Source: the human T2T-CHM13v2.0 reference genome, Homo sapiens. From it: 64,000 nucleotides of DNA. The notes beneath the pieces were generated by a model. That model ran no database searches. It was given only the letters and a program-made list of their open reading frames with translations, and was not told the origin of the DNA. Where the stretch lies: NCBI RefSeq assembly GCF_009914755.1, contig NC_060938.1; one strand, 5' to 3'. The position numbers and the translations under genes were made by a program. This document shows positions 47,746 through 63,193 of the stretch, one piece after another. The number at the start of each line of letters is the position of its first letter. Position 1 is the first letter of the stretch.

Positions 47746-47929
47746 CTAACCTCCTCCTTAGGCTTTGCAAAGGCGAAAACCGGAGTCGGAACTTGGCGGT
47801 GGGCGGCCAAGGAAGAGAAGGCGGAGGAGTAGGGGAGGTTCTGGACACGGAACGGCCGGCGCACTCAGTAGCCTTTAAGGCCTTGCTGCCTCCGACCTCC
47901 CGCCCGGTGGATGCTGCTAGTTGCCGGGG

Positions 47930-48000
47930 AACTTGGTTTCTGTTCTCCCCGCAGCGGCCTTAAAGCGCGCAGCGTCCCCGGCACGCTGATTGGCTGCCGG
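47930..48000 (-). promoter_or_regulatory. SIX1 core promoter candidate
   Basis: Minus-strand CAGCCAATC (CCAAT 47993-47989) and TATA-like TTTAA (47964-47960) imply a TSS near 47935; no ATG between there and the start codon. Confidence 0.6.
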
Positions 48001-49041
48001 CGGCGCCTATCCGGGGCTGGCCAGCCAGCGCGCCGCCCGGCTGGGCAGAGAGGCCGCACCGCCCAGAGCGGGGAGGGCGAGGCTGCGGAGCTGGGGGTTG
48101 GGGGTGTTGCCGGGGCTGCGCGGGTAGGGAGTGGTGGGAGGAGAAGGAAGAGGAAAGGTGGGAAGCCAGTTGGGGTCTGAGGGAGCTGCGCTGCGGAGGT
48201 GTGGGGAGGTAGGGAGTGGGTGAGCGCGTCAGGACCCTGCAACGCGGGACCCGTCGCCAGTATCACCTAAGGGGAGTCGCGCACAACTCCGCACAAATCA
48301 ATGACTCCAAACCTTAATTCCTCCCCTCTCCCTCCGTACTCTTGTCCTCATCCCTTGCAGACTTGCCCTCTCCCGGTGAGCTCATATTTAATTACTTTAA
48401 TGTTGGAATGAATAAATAATGGATTGATGAATAGCTTATGGAACGCGATAAATAATTCAAGAGCAGACCAGGGTCCGCGCATGCAGCCTCTGGAAGAGTG
48501 GCTTCGGGTTGGCTTCAGCTCGAGGAGTCCAACCCTATTTCCTCCTCCCTCCCCCCACCAACTACCACTGTCCTCCCCCCACTGCTGCACACCACCCTCC
48601 AAAGGGCACAAGTACTCCCAGTCGGACAGCGTTTCCCTCGTTCACAAAAGACCTCCATGATTTGAGACCAGGCAGAGAGCTGTTTAGAGCATACTTGCTG
48701 AGCACCTAGAGACTCCGAGCGTTCATTTGTGATTTGGTATCTTAATGTTCTGCGATTGAAACCAGCAGGTTCCTGAAGCTTCTGGACTCAATTTCCCCAT
48801 CTGTGCGGTTGTGTTTTGCAGTGCCACCTCTGCTACTGAGGAATGCCGAGAGGCTTTACTTGCTATTAGCAAAAATGCTTTGGGAACCTCGTACGAAAGG
48901 CGCTGGATGTGGTGTAAATTAAATAAAACTGTGCCCGGCTCCAATAACCGTCCGGTTGTAATATAATCCTTACCCTGCTCTGAGAGGGACACTGCCCTCA
49001 AAGCGAGAACGACAGCGGCTCCAAGAAGATTAAATAAAGAG

Positions 49042-49072
<31 letters not shown>

Positions 49073-49087
49073 TGTGTGTGTGTGTGT
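49042..49087. repeat. Interrupted (GT)n microsatellite about 1.1 kb upstream of the SIX1 TSS
   Basis: Direct reading. Confidence 0.95.
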
Positions 49088-50889
49088 TGCAATGCTGGCC
49101 TATTTTGCTGCCAGGGAATGAGAGATGCACTGCAATTTAAGTCCCATCATCTGCTGTTTTGTTTATGTGTGGAGAATGCTTAGTAAAACTGCACAAACAA
49201 GTGAAGTTGTAATTATCTTAAGCCTCATTTGCACACCTAGTTCCAAAGCAATAATTAAAAGGATTTTGAAAACAATTAGCCTCTCTAAACAAAGATAATC
49301 TATTGTCAGTAGCTGAGACTAGCAGGAGATAAGAACAATGCGTGGAGATAAGGGAAGCCAAATGGTGGAAGGAGAGTGACTTTATGACTATACTTATCTC
49401 TGATTAGATAAGTTCAAAACAGAATTCTAAGTACACTTCAAAAATGCTTTTGATTTCAATGTGCCCTCTTAGTGAGTGGTGAAGAACAAACTGTAGGCTC
49501 CTTAAACTGGCTTGTCTTCTTCAAATATGTTTTGATTCCTTTAGCCAAAGAGCCCAGCACTACAGAACCTTTTGCATATTGAGATGCAAGTGGGAGAAGG
49601 AGAAGCATGTCTTGGTTTCCCCTTTTATTATTAATATGGTTTTAAAATGATGCACCCAGTACAGTGCACCCTGCAACATACATTCTAAACTCATAAAGGG
49701 TTCCCACCTCAGGGCTGCCACATGGGAGATTCCAAGTAGACAGGAAGCTGCTTCTCTGCTGAACATAATGTTTTCTGCATCCTTGAAACTCTTGCTTATT
49801 CCATGCAATTAGATCTTGGAAGCAGATGCTGATATTTCATTACCTTAGGCTTTTTTTTAAAAAAATGCATTTAATAGGTGTGCATGCTTTCAAAAGAGCC
49901 TCTGCCATATAGTATGCCCAATGACTTTCTAAACTGGAAGCCTGGCACTGCTAAACCCAGAGCCATGTCTGGTAATTTCCCCTCACTGTCTTATTTTAGT
50001 GCTTATGATGTTTCACATGAAGTCTTAAGGAGCTGCAGTGCCCTCCCAGAAGGAATGCCTCTGCTTGAAACAGTCCTTATTGACATGGCAGCTGTGTGAG
50101 GACCGGAACGGAGGCTTAAACCCGGCTCTAAAAATCAGTTAATACCCTAAAGTCTGGAGCAAGTGCGCACAATTACAATGGGGGGAGGGTCTTTAAGCAC
50201 AACCACGTCTCTTAAAAGACAAACAGTATGTTGAGTATGGGGTGTGCTTTGTAATTAACAATTTTGTATAAGGAAATGAGGCATAGCCTGCACAAATAAG
50301 GGCAGGTATAAATTTACAGAGGATGACAGCAGAGATGGCAATTAGACACAAATAGGACCACCTTTTTTTCCCGGCTTCCTCCAGACCTACCTGCCCATTT
50401 CTTTTTATCTGTCTTCAAAAGGAACCAGGACGTACTACATTGCCGTCATCTGGGAAGACGACGTGTAGAAGGTGTGATTGCGGGAACCCGGGCAGAAAAG
50501 AGGTGCTCTTCCTCGGAGGCTGTGACTGGGCCGGCCAACATTTTTCCTCCCGCTTAATCCAATAGATCGCGTAACTGGAAAGGGAAAGTGCTATGCGCTT
50601 TATACCAAGGAGTCTACCTGCTATTTCGATCCCTCGGTTAGGGGAACCAATTGTTATAAATGTTAATTATTGGCTCGGATATATAAGGTTTCCCAAAATG
50701 GAACCTTTCACTGAAAACCGCTGAAAGAGGTAAAATGACATGAATTTACAAACCACCTAAACTAAATGATCCATTTTAAATCGCACACAGAAAGGTTTGA
50801 GTTGTTCTCGTAACATAAAACCTTTGCTGTCAATGCAAATCGCACGAAAAGCAGAGATGCGTTGGAGATTTAAAGGAAATGAGCAACTC

Positions 50890-52000
50890 TAGCCAGCCGG
50901 CTGCTGCCCTCGCTGCAGCGCGGCTCGGGAGGGAACACCGCTGGCAAGGAGCGCCCGATGCCAGGTTTCGGCTCTCCAGTGCCTCCTCTGTGCAGGTAAC
51001 GGCCGCGTGCGCTTTAGTCGATGAAAAAGCATTCAGTGGGACAGCATTAGCTGTTGCTAGGGTTTCTCGGCTGGGTTGACAGGCCTTGATGCAAACACCC
51101 CTAGCTGGGACCCACTTGTTTCCCTTCTGGCTTGTAGCAAGATAGTTAGGGGCTCCCGGGCCGCTTTCTTGGAATTCTTTCACCATCCAGAACGACGGTG
51201 AGGATTCTACTCTACCTACAAATATTTGGAAAGGGAGGGCATAGAGAGGTGTTTCTTCAATAAATTCGTGTCATCGCTCTGGGGCAGTGCGGAGACTCCC
51301 CAAATCCGGCTGAAGTGCCAAAATTCTTTTTCCTCTGCTTAGTCGGAAACTCCGGGTGCCCTCGACCCTTGGGAACTCCGGCTCCGATGGCCGGCGTGGC
51401 GCCGGAGCAGCAGCCCACCTGCTCCTGGGGGACGCCGCTCCCCGCGAGGTCCGAATAGGCCTGGGGCTCAGGCAGAGAGATTTGCGGACTCAGAGAAGAG
51501 AAACCCAAAACCAGTCCATTAGTAAATGAGTTTTGTGTTGTCAAGGTTCTTTCCCATCCACTTGCTGTTCTGAAAAATAGATCACGTTTCGTTATCTTTA
51601 GTGGGAATCTGCAACGTGACACCGGATCCGCGCGGCCCCCGCCTCCCTCCCTGCCTCGCTCTGCCTGGCTGAGGGGAGCAGGCGGGCCTCCTCAGCTTAT
51701 TTCTGAACAATGAAGATTTGTCTCTTCCCCAAGTGTATTTATGTATGTATGGAGGGAGGAAGTTTTCTCCTGGAAGCGGGAAGCTCGAGAGCAGAGCCTC
51801 CTACTTCTTTGGTGCGAAAACGCTGCGCTGGCCCAAGATTCAGGGCGACTGACGCCCCCCACCACCTCCACCGCCCACACCTGGACAAACAGAGCCAGCT
51901 GTGAGCCTGGCTCGCCGCTGAAAACCCTGCCGCCCCGCGCGGCTCCCGAAAATACCATCTCCGTATTGTCTCGAGGTCAGGGAAGGGAGAAAGAGAGAAA
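50890..52000. promoter_or_regulatory. Upstream CpG island
   Basis: High CpG density. Confidence 0.75.
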
Positions 52001-52199
52001 CACACACAGACTGATGGACCGACTGAGGGTCAAGCACTGGGAGGGAGCTCAGACTGGAGGGGAACAGAGCTGGGGTGTGTGTCTTTGGAAGAGTTATTCT
52101 CTCTCTCCCTCTACGTGTGTCCCCGTGGCAGGTCTTTCCCAGAGTGTGTCTCTAACTCTTTTCTCCATCTGAAAGAGGACGCTCGTTCATTCTGTCTGT

Positions 52200-52345
52200 A
52201 TGTGAACCTGTTTCTCATTCTCTCTCCTTATCTCTCTCTCTTCTTTCTCATTGTTTTTCCTCTTCCTCTTCTCATCCTCCTCTTTCTTCCTCCTTCCCTC
52301 CCTCTCCCTTCCCCTCGGCTCTGGGCGCTCGTTTTTTTCTCTCCG
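52200..52345. repeat. CT-rich polypyrimidine tract
   Basis: Direct reading. Confidence 0.85.
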
Positions 52346-55239
52346 GGACTGGGCGCTGTGAGGTTTCACAGAGTGTGCTTATGTCACCCACTGAGGCAGC
52401 GCAGGTAAGTTCTCTTGAAAGTAGACCCTCAAGTCTGGGCGGTGTAGTAGGCCTTACTTGGCGAGAACCTTTCACAGGGAGTGGAGGGCGGGCAATAGAT
52501 GGTGTAGCCTGCACGGAGGGCGGGCAAAGGTGTATTGGCCACCTAGGGGAGAAAAGGGTTAACAAATTGCCCTCTGAGAAAGCTCTGACCAATCGCCAGG
52601 TTTGAGCTAGAAGACCCTACTCAACATCAGATGCCAACTACCTCTCTGGAAAGTGGAGCCAAGGTGTCACAAGAAACAATTCTTAAGAATTAAAGGGACT
52701 CTGCGCCCCACCCCCCATTCCCTGTTTTTTAAAATATCTCCTTAGGGCAGGTTTATGAAATGAAACTCTCCAAAACCGCTATCTTCCATTGAATTTCCAA
52801 TCAACTTTTTTTTCTCAACTTATGTACATCCTGAATACCACATCTGTCTAAGCTAAAAAGAATTTCCTTTTGGGAGGTGAAAGCCTGCAGCTCCTCCTGT
52901 TCAGAGGAAAGTGCTAGTGACGGTAATGCAGGGTGACACTAAATAAACAGTTAGGGTGGACTGGAAAGATGGAGTTAATTATCCAGTGAGCTGCATTTCA
53001 GCCCAGACCATCAGGGGCTGATTTGTTTTGGCTCATATTTGGAGGAAGGAGACAAACCACTCTTCTCCACATCTCCTTGGGATCCTGATCATTCATGTCT
53101 TCAACAAAACAAAAAACAAAAACCACTACCCAGGTATCACTGCTTCACTTAAATTTTGGTTTATTACTCCTCTGCAGGCTCTGAAAAAATGTCCACTCCA
53201 TTGCCCCATATCCCTGGAGGGAAGAACCAAAGCGACTCAAAAATGTACTCCCACGAGAAGAAAAATCAAGCTATTTGGAGTCCAAATGGTAAGGAGGCCC
53301 AGTGACAAGGAAAGCAGACATTTAGCACCCCTCCCCATCTCTTCACTTGAATTCTTACAATAAGCTTATAAAACTATGTGTTTATAAAAACTAAGATATT
53401 GGCTTGGTTTCATGATGGTTTTACTCCACTCTCCAAAAAAATCAGGCTTCGTGAAATTTGAAATGCAATTAGATTTATCGTTAGCGTGATTCACTGACTA
53501 TCTGGTTTCCTCAGGTAAACCTGCACTTACATATAAATCCTAGTAATTTGAAACTTCTCCCTACCCACTTTGCCCACCCACTCCCCCCCCACCCCCGCAT
53601 TCTGATATTAATAATCCCCGGCTGCCCCTCTTTCCGGGTCATTACGGTACTGCTGGTCTCTAATCAATCCTAATGCGATGGCAATTGGAGTCCCTGATGA
53701 CTGCGGCTCGGGTTTCTTGTAATGGCTCTACCACATTTTCCTGGACCTCCTTCTTTAACCTGAGATGCCAGGGGGACGAGTCTCTTCTCGGCTGCTGATT
53801 ACTTCAAGATGTGGGGGCTGGTTTGAACTGAAGGATAAAGACACGCGCACAGCGTGGCTGCCACAGCAGGCTGGGCGGCTGGGGAGAGCAGACGTCTGCA
53901 CGCGGGGCGCCGCAACCCGAAAACCTTTCGCTACTCTCTTTTCTTTCCCCCATTTTCCAGGCCCAAACTCACCCTGGTGGACCGAGATGAAGATTCTCAG
54001 AGCAGATTTTTTTTTTTTTTCCTGGTGCGGAAAGGCCTGGTGGTCTCTGGGACTCTCCAGTTATCGAGCGTTCCCACCCTACAGCGTCCGCCCAGGCGCA
54101 GGCCTGCCCCTAGTTCAGGAGTGAACCCCTTCTCCCATTGCAAAGAGCCAGCTTCTTTTTCCTTCGGGTTGTTTTCTCCCAATGCCTTCCTCCTCCCCAA
54201 TTGCCCAATTGTAGAGTGGGTGTCCTGAAGAGAAACTGGAATCTCTGTCCCGCCCCCCCGCCCGCATCTCATTCACTAACCCTTGACCTTTCTCCTGTTC
54301 CTCATCCCAGCAGTGCCTGAAGTTCCCAACCTGTTCCTGACCCAAACCCCAGACCCTGAGACCAGAAGCTTGGCCTGGTCATGTTGGGATATGACCTCTT
54401 CTCCCTCGACCTTTGGGGATTCGTCGCTGGGAATCCTTAGCCTTTAGAGATAAAGGGCCAACACTCCTTTCTCGCTGGTGCCACCCGGAGACGACCACAA
54501 GTGGGAACTTGCGCCTGCCTCCCTTCTCCCCGGCCGAAAGCTCTAGTTCGCCTCCCCTACCCCCGGTCCAGGCTCGGCAGCGAGGCAATCAGCACGTTCG
54601 CGGCATTTGTATTCTTCCATTTCTCAGCCTAAGCCATTTAGTGTAACCCGAGCTCAGGATAATTGCCACGTCTCTGCCGTGATACTTTTTAAAACAAGAT
54701 AATGCTTCTGAATTGCGGAAGAAAGTGCTGCGGACAAATTGGGCGCTGAGCTGCTGAGATGGATCGCTTTGTTAGTGGAGGCCAGTGGTTTGTGACTCAA
54801 TTAGTGCATTTCTGGGAGCCGCCTGTGTTGTACAGTAGGGTCAGCTGGAAGCAAACTACCCCTGTGGCTCCCACAAGCGGGTAGGAATTCGGGGGATGGG
54901 AGCACTTCAGGCCTGTACCTCAGTCGGTGCATACCCAAGCCGTGGGATCTGTTTTTGCATTCTCACACGAGCATATTGCTCGGGTTCTAAAGGATCCAGA
55001 TTTTCGCAGACAGAAGCTCGACCGCCTCTGTTCCCAAAAGGGCCGAGCGGCGTTTGTCTGAATCACCAGTCCTCTGAGCAGTGGGAAAAGAGATACTGGG
55101 TAGAGGGTGCTGGGAAGGTGCCCACTCATCCATGCCCCTCTGCGCGTCTCGCCCACTCGCTTAGGCTTGGACTTTGCAACAAGGTTTCCAACACCGCTGC
55201 AGTGCTTGACAAAGCCCTCCTGGAAGCCAGCAGGGTGAG

Positions 55240-56350
55240 GCTGCCAGCAAGCAGGCGGGCTGCGAGGGACGCTTTTAGGACTAGGAAGAAGGCCGTAAGA
55301 TCTTTCCTTACCTCTACTCAAGTTCACCCGCCACCCTCACCCATCAACCCTCGTGCAGGCCCGGGTCCACGTTTCGCGGACTGATCCTGAGCCTCAGTAT
55401 AACTCGCTGTGCCAGGTGCGCGCGCGCAGCCAAGTATCCGCGCGCGGACGCCGGGGAGGCTTCACCGCCCGGTGTGCTGGCGGCCCCGCCCGCTGGCTCG
55501 CAGAGCGGGGTCTCGCAGAGCTGGGCCTCACCCGTCGCCCCGCCGCCTGCACCAGAAACTCCCTCCCCGGGCTGTGCGGGAGCTCTTGGGCGCCGCGTCT
55601 GCGCCGGGGCCGACTCCGCCCAGGCTTGTAGCCAGAGGTCGCGCTATCTCGCCGGGCTGGCCCGGCGCTCTCTGGGGTTGTTCCCTCGGGCGGTGCATGG
55701 GGCCCACAGGCGTCGGGGCTTGAGGGAAGAGGGGCCGGGGCCTGAAGGGCGGGGACCACAACGAGGCGCGGGGAGGTCAGTGGAGCGGAGAGCCGGCGCA
55801 GGCCGGCGGCGGCGCGGCCGGAGGAGAAAGAGGGCGCTGTCTTCCTGGCAAAGGAGTTTTCGCCTGGCCGGCAGGAACCGAAACAACAACAACAACAAAA
55901 AAAAAAGAAAGAAAGAAAATCTGCTCCGCCGAGTCCCCGGAGTGAAGAGCGCGCGGCGGGAAGGGTCTGGGGTAGCGGAGCGGATTCTCGGCCCAAAGCC
56001 TGGGGACCGCTCAGCCCACCTTGGCTTCGCCAGCGCCACGTAGCCCCGGACGGCACTCGCGAGGAGGGAGTTTTCTTTGGCTTCTTTAGCTGTTTCCATA
56101 ATCGCCTTCTTTTAGGGCCATCCCTCCCTCACTTTTTCCCTCCAAAAACTGGAGGCGTTGGGATAAGGACGGCGACGCTTCGCTGGCGAATGAGGTGCCT
56201 CAATTTGCCCGAGGCGAGCGGGGAAATCGGGATCTCCTTTCATGAAGCCGAGTTGGCTTCTCGGTTTCGTGGAATCTGCGGCCGGAAGCCGCGACCCCAG
56301 CCAGTCATTCGCGTTGAAGCGCCGCAGCAAGTGGCAATGCTTTTGGCCGC
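55240..56350. promoter_or_regulatory. Strong upstream CpG island (about 8 kb 5' of SIX1), possible alternative or lncRNA promoter
   Basis: Very high GC/CpG, GC boxes, central (AAC)n/A-rich tract at 55881-55919. Confidence 0.8.
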
Positions 56351-58410
56351 GCATTGCCCAGGAACAGCAAAGAGATGGAAGACCCTCTCATTTACCATCA
56401 CCAACTGGTCGGGGAGCACACGCAGAGACCAATAAGGTCCCAAAGACAACTACTATCAACCATTCTCCACCCAAATCCACACATCAAAAAGACTGAACTT
56501 GTATTAATGCGGGTGAAACAGCCATCCCTCCATTCCAAAAGTACATACTTCTCTGTCATCTACCCAGGATAATTTGTTCTTGCCTTTCCATGAGCGTAGT
56601 AAACCAGGCAAAGCAAAACAAAAGGATCCCAGACTCACTTATCTTCTGCCTTGAAAGGTCGCTCTGGATTCATGGACGTATTTAAAGGCCCTCCTGATTT
56701 GTACATAGATACTAGAGCCGATCATCTCCATCCACCTCTGCCGCCAGAGCGCCTCAAACTCCAGTCTCTATTTGAATTTCCTGTGAAGTCTTGACTCTTC
56801 TGTAGCCCCTCCAGTAGAATCCAGGTGGCCTTGTAGTTCCGCCTTTGGCAGGAGACTTATTTCCTAGGAGTAACTGGGTGGGCTGCAGTCCGCCTGCCTC
56901 TTCACATTGAGAAGCGCTTCTCTTGTGGGAACGTCTGTTTCTATTCAGCGGATTTTCTAATTTCTTTGATCAGCCTAAATATTTTCTTGGCAAACGGAAA
57001 TTGACCATGCCATGAATATGATAACAACCTGCTTGGAAAAAAAGCTATTTTGTTTCCAAGCAGCAGAAAAAAAGGGGTGGGGGGACGGTGAAGGAGGCTG
57101 GCTGTTAGGAATGCCTGTAACAGATTCCAGCACATACATCTTTTTGCAGTCTCTGAAGCAGCTTTGTGAAAACTGCCTTTTCTCTCTCGTGAAGCTTCTT
57201 TCCTTCCTCTCCTCCTCTCAGTTAAACACACACCTGGTCTCCTAAAAGCCTTTGATACTCTTTATTAAAAAATAGAACTTCAATGGATGCCTCAGGAGAC
57301 TTTCCCTTTAAAACATAGATGAAAGGCAAGGTTAATACAATGTTCTCTTAATCCCTTTGCCTTCTGAGTCAAAATAAATATTTTCTTCTGCATGTGATTG
57401 TACATCCTGCCATTTGGCTATGGCTATAAGCAAATTGACGGTAATAAAAATGTTTTGAGGCTGTGTATTAAATGCCGTTCTCTTGAAACCAAGGGAGGGG
57501 AGGGAGGAGCCTTACTTCACAGGCAAGAATTGGTGGATTTCTGAAAAAGCTGCAAGAAAAGGACCTTTCACCTCTCATTAGTGATGCCATCAGTGCTCAG
57601 GCAGAGTGGAGCTGAGGTCATGTTACATATGGCACACAGTCTGCTCAGCACTTGAAACGTCAGCTTTGAAATTTTAGAGAGGGGAAAGGTCATCTTTAAT
57701 AAGCTAAAGTCTGGGGCTCCCATTGCCCTCACTGCTAGCTGGGTGGGTGTCCATATGCTTCAAACCCTATGCAGAAGTTTTTTTCTTTTTCTTTTTAATT
57801 TGCAGTTTAAGGCTGATTTTTGTTTCTTCATTGAAATCTTAATGTTTTCAGCTGTTAATACTCCAAAAGGCCTTTCATTTTTATAGCAACTTCGTCATCT
57901 TTCCTTTTCTTTTCATGCAGTCATAAAACTGTCTGTTCTGAGTGATAGCTTTTTAGAGCTCAACTTCCCAGGAGAAATGAAGTGTATCTGTCCATCTGCA
58001 TACATGAATCCAGACATGTGGGCTATAGGGTTACCCTTCTGTATGGGTAATTTAGACTTCACTCTTGTGTACTCATTATTTACTGAACCTTCAAAACACT
58101 GAAACTTCCATATTATATGAAAACACTAGTTTCTGAAAACTTCCTGGGTACTACTAAAATTTTTTATGCCAGTTACTGAAATTTCACATTTTATTTTTAC
58201 CATGTGGGAGAAACTCTCAAATCAGAATATACTGCTTTTTCTAGAAGGCTTGAAATTAAGACTACCCAACAGATGCTATAATGGTAGATACAGTACTGAA
58301 AAAAAAGGTGCTAACATCTCACTTCCTTGTTCAGAAAATATTAGAAACATTTGTGATTGTTTCATCCTCAAATTTGTTCAAGAAGTGAAGTCAACCAAAC
58401 CAAGGCAACT

Positions 58411-59185
<775 letters not shown>

Positions 59186-59239
59186 TTAACACACCATTAC
59201 ATGTATTCCTCACTTATTTTTCTTTGTATCTGTCAACGC

Positions 59240-59698
<459 letters not shown>

Positions 59699-60519
59699 TT
59701 GTCAACCCATTTTATCTGTTTATATATACCAGATTCTGATTCTTTTTCCAGTTTTTTCTTTTTTCATAAAGGTTACATATCTTGTGCTTATAAAATTAAC
59801 TTTAAAAATAACACAACAATGTATGCTAATCGGTTTCAAACAAGTAGACTCAATGATACTTTGAAATCCTTTTTCCTACTCTGCAAATCGAAAATATTGG
59901 AACAATCTTTAAACATTCTCTTGAGCCAACTAGGGGTTCCTCATTACTAAAGAATTTAATGATGGCGATATGCAGATAGGTGTTGGTTTTGCTTTGTGTC
60001 TAATCAGATTCTCAAAAATCCTTAATTTTGAATGAGCAAAATTTTAAAATAACAGTTTTGCATAATTGCAACTGAAACTATAAATGGGAAGGATGATTTT
60101 TACAACCAAATGACATCAAGTAAATAATTTATTTCTAATCACTTTGCTACATTAGGGTTTACTGCTAATGAGCTAGTGGACTTTGTGATACTTTAGCTAA
60201 CCCAAGGCACTTGAGGCTTTGATGACCCAAATGGTTTAGTAAGTTCAATCAATCTAGTCAATAGAAAGTGAAGATAAAGATGCACGCTGTGGTCTTAGGG
60301 AGTGCAAGTGCATGCATATGTGTGTGTGCATGTGTGTTTGGGAGGGAGATTATGTTGCTTTTTCAATTTTAAAGTTCCCCAAATACTCCAGGAAAATTTA
60401 TGAGCAGATTGCATCACTCTAGTAAGCCTGAAAAAACAAGAAGTGAAATACTTCAAGAGGCAGATTCATTAATGATAGGTTAATAACTCATTAACAGCCT
60501 ATACAAGGAATAGTAATAA

Positions 60520-60879
<360 letters not shown>

Positions 60880-60976
60880 TAATATTTTACAAGCCTGATC
60901 TCATCCATCTCAAAATTTTGGGAAATATCATCCTTATTACAAACAGTGATTATCTCTATTACAAAAACATAGCAAG

Positions 60977-61266
60977 AGCTGGGCACAGTGACTCAAGCCT
61001 GTAATGCCAACACTTTAGGAGGCTGAGATGGGAGGATCACTTGAGCCCAGGAGTTCAAGACCAGCCTGGGAAACATAGTGAGACCCTGTCTCTACAAAAA
61101 AATTTTAAAAGCCGGGCATGGTGATATGTGTCTCTGGTCCCAGTTACTGCAGAGGCTGTAGCCAGAGGATTACTTGAGCCCAGGAGTTTGAGGCTATAGC
61201 GAGCTATGATTGTACCACTGCACTTCAGCCTGGGCAACAGAGCAAGACCCTGTTTAAAAAAAAAAA
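60977..61266 (+). mobile_element. Alu (J-type)
   Basis: Diverged Alu. Confidence 0.9.
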
Positions 61267-61825
61267 TCCAAAACACCGTGGCAGAGAGGTCGCATAATTT
61301 GCTTAAGGTAATATAATTCAGAGGCAGTTTGGGGGCAAGAGCTATAAATCCCAGATCCTTCCCAATTTATTTAAAAGGCAATTTTTCGCAAAGAGGTCAG
61401 TGATTAAAGTGACTTGGATTTAGTGAGTTTTTGTAAAATATTTTTCTCCTCTATAATTCAGGGTCAAGATTTGTGAGAAATTTGATAAATGTCTTTAAAT
61501 TACCAAGAAAAACGATGTAACATGAAGTGGCATCAGCCCACCTAGATCTGGTAGTTCTTCCATTCTGTCTGGAAGTAAGCCATAGTCTTAGTTGGTACAA
61601 ATGTCATGTGGGAGGAGACATACAGATTACAGAACCATGAGGTAATTACTACAGCTTAACTGTCCCACACAGAAGCTATTAAGTGATCATAAACAGAGTT
61701 ACAATAGAATACACATTCTATGACAAGATTTGGCCTGTACTTTTAATGCTTACAATTCTTTCTTTGGCTTATTGAGGAGAAGAAATATAAGATACACTAG
61801 AAATTAAGAATTTGGTTGATCTTTA

Positions 61826-62316
<491 letters not shown>

Positions 62317-62889
62317 AACATCCACTCTGCCTAAGAGTAGAGCATAACAAATCAGCAGGAATAAAATCTAAACTTCAAATTTTTACCTAATCAAAATTTA
62401 CTTTTCTTTGTACCATTCTAAAGAGGACTTGTAGATTAGATTTTTGGCAGGATGGGAGGAGAATCTTTGGGTTTCTGAAGAATTTTGTAGGAATTAAAAT
62501 GTTTCTAACTAGTAATTAGGTATGAAATCATTTGTCCTTTTTAAGTGATTGGTCTTGCTAAATGAGATAGTAGGAAGTGACACCAGATCAGGAGTGACAA
62601 GAAAGAAAAACCTCTGAAGAAAATCCAAGCACCGTTGCAAAAATTAAGCAAATCTCATCATCCAATGAACACTGCAGAGTATCCAGTATTGCTAGCTAAA
62701 TGCCAGCTTAAAAGGCCAAAAATTTTTAAACATCTCTTCATTGTACATGACCCCTGTGGAATACTGTGACTCAATTAGACCTGCCCTCCCTCAAGATTTG
62801 CAAGAAATGGAGAAGCTCTGGAGAGTTGTCACAATATGATAAAAGGAGTAGAAAATAGACTGTATGAAGAAGTTAAAAGTGGTTGTCCA

Positions 62890-63193
62890 GGCTGGGCACA
62901 GTGGCTCACGCCTGTAATCCCAGCACTTTGGGAGGCTGAGGCAGGCAGATTACCTGAGGTCTGGAGTTCAAGACCAGCCTGGCCAAAATGGTGAAATCCC
63001 GTCTCTACTAAAAACACAAAAATTAGCCAGGCATGGTGGTACGTGCCTGCAGTCCCAGCTACTTGGGAGGCTGAGACAGAAAAATCACATGAGCCCGGGA
63101 GTCAGAGGTTGCTGTGAGCAGAGATCACACCACTGCACTCCAGCCTGGGCGACAGAGGGAGACTCCGTCTCAAAAAAAAAAAAAAAAAAAAAA
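62890..63193 (+). mobile_element. Alu (S-type)
   Basis: Alu consensus; TSD AAAAGTGGTT. Confidence 0.95.

Noticed and set aside
55394-56099. Overlapping 150-220 aa ORFs on both strands
   Set aside because: Chance open frames in a CpG island, crossing a simple repeat
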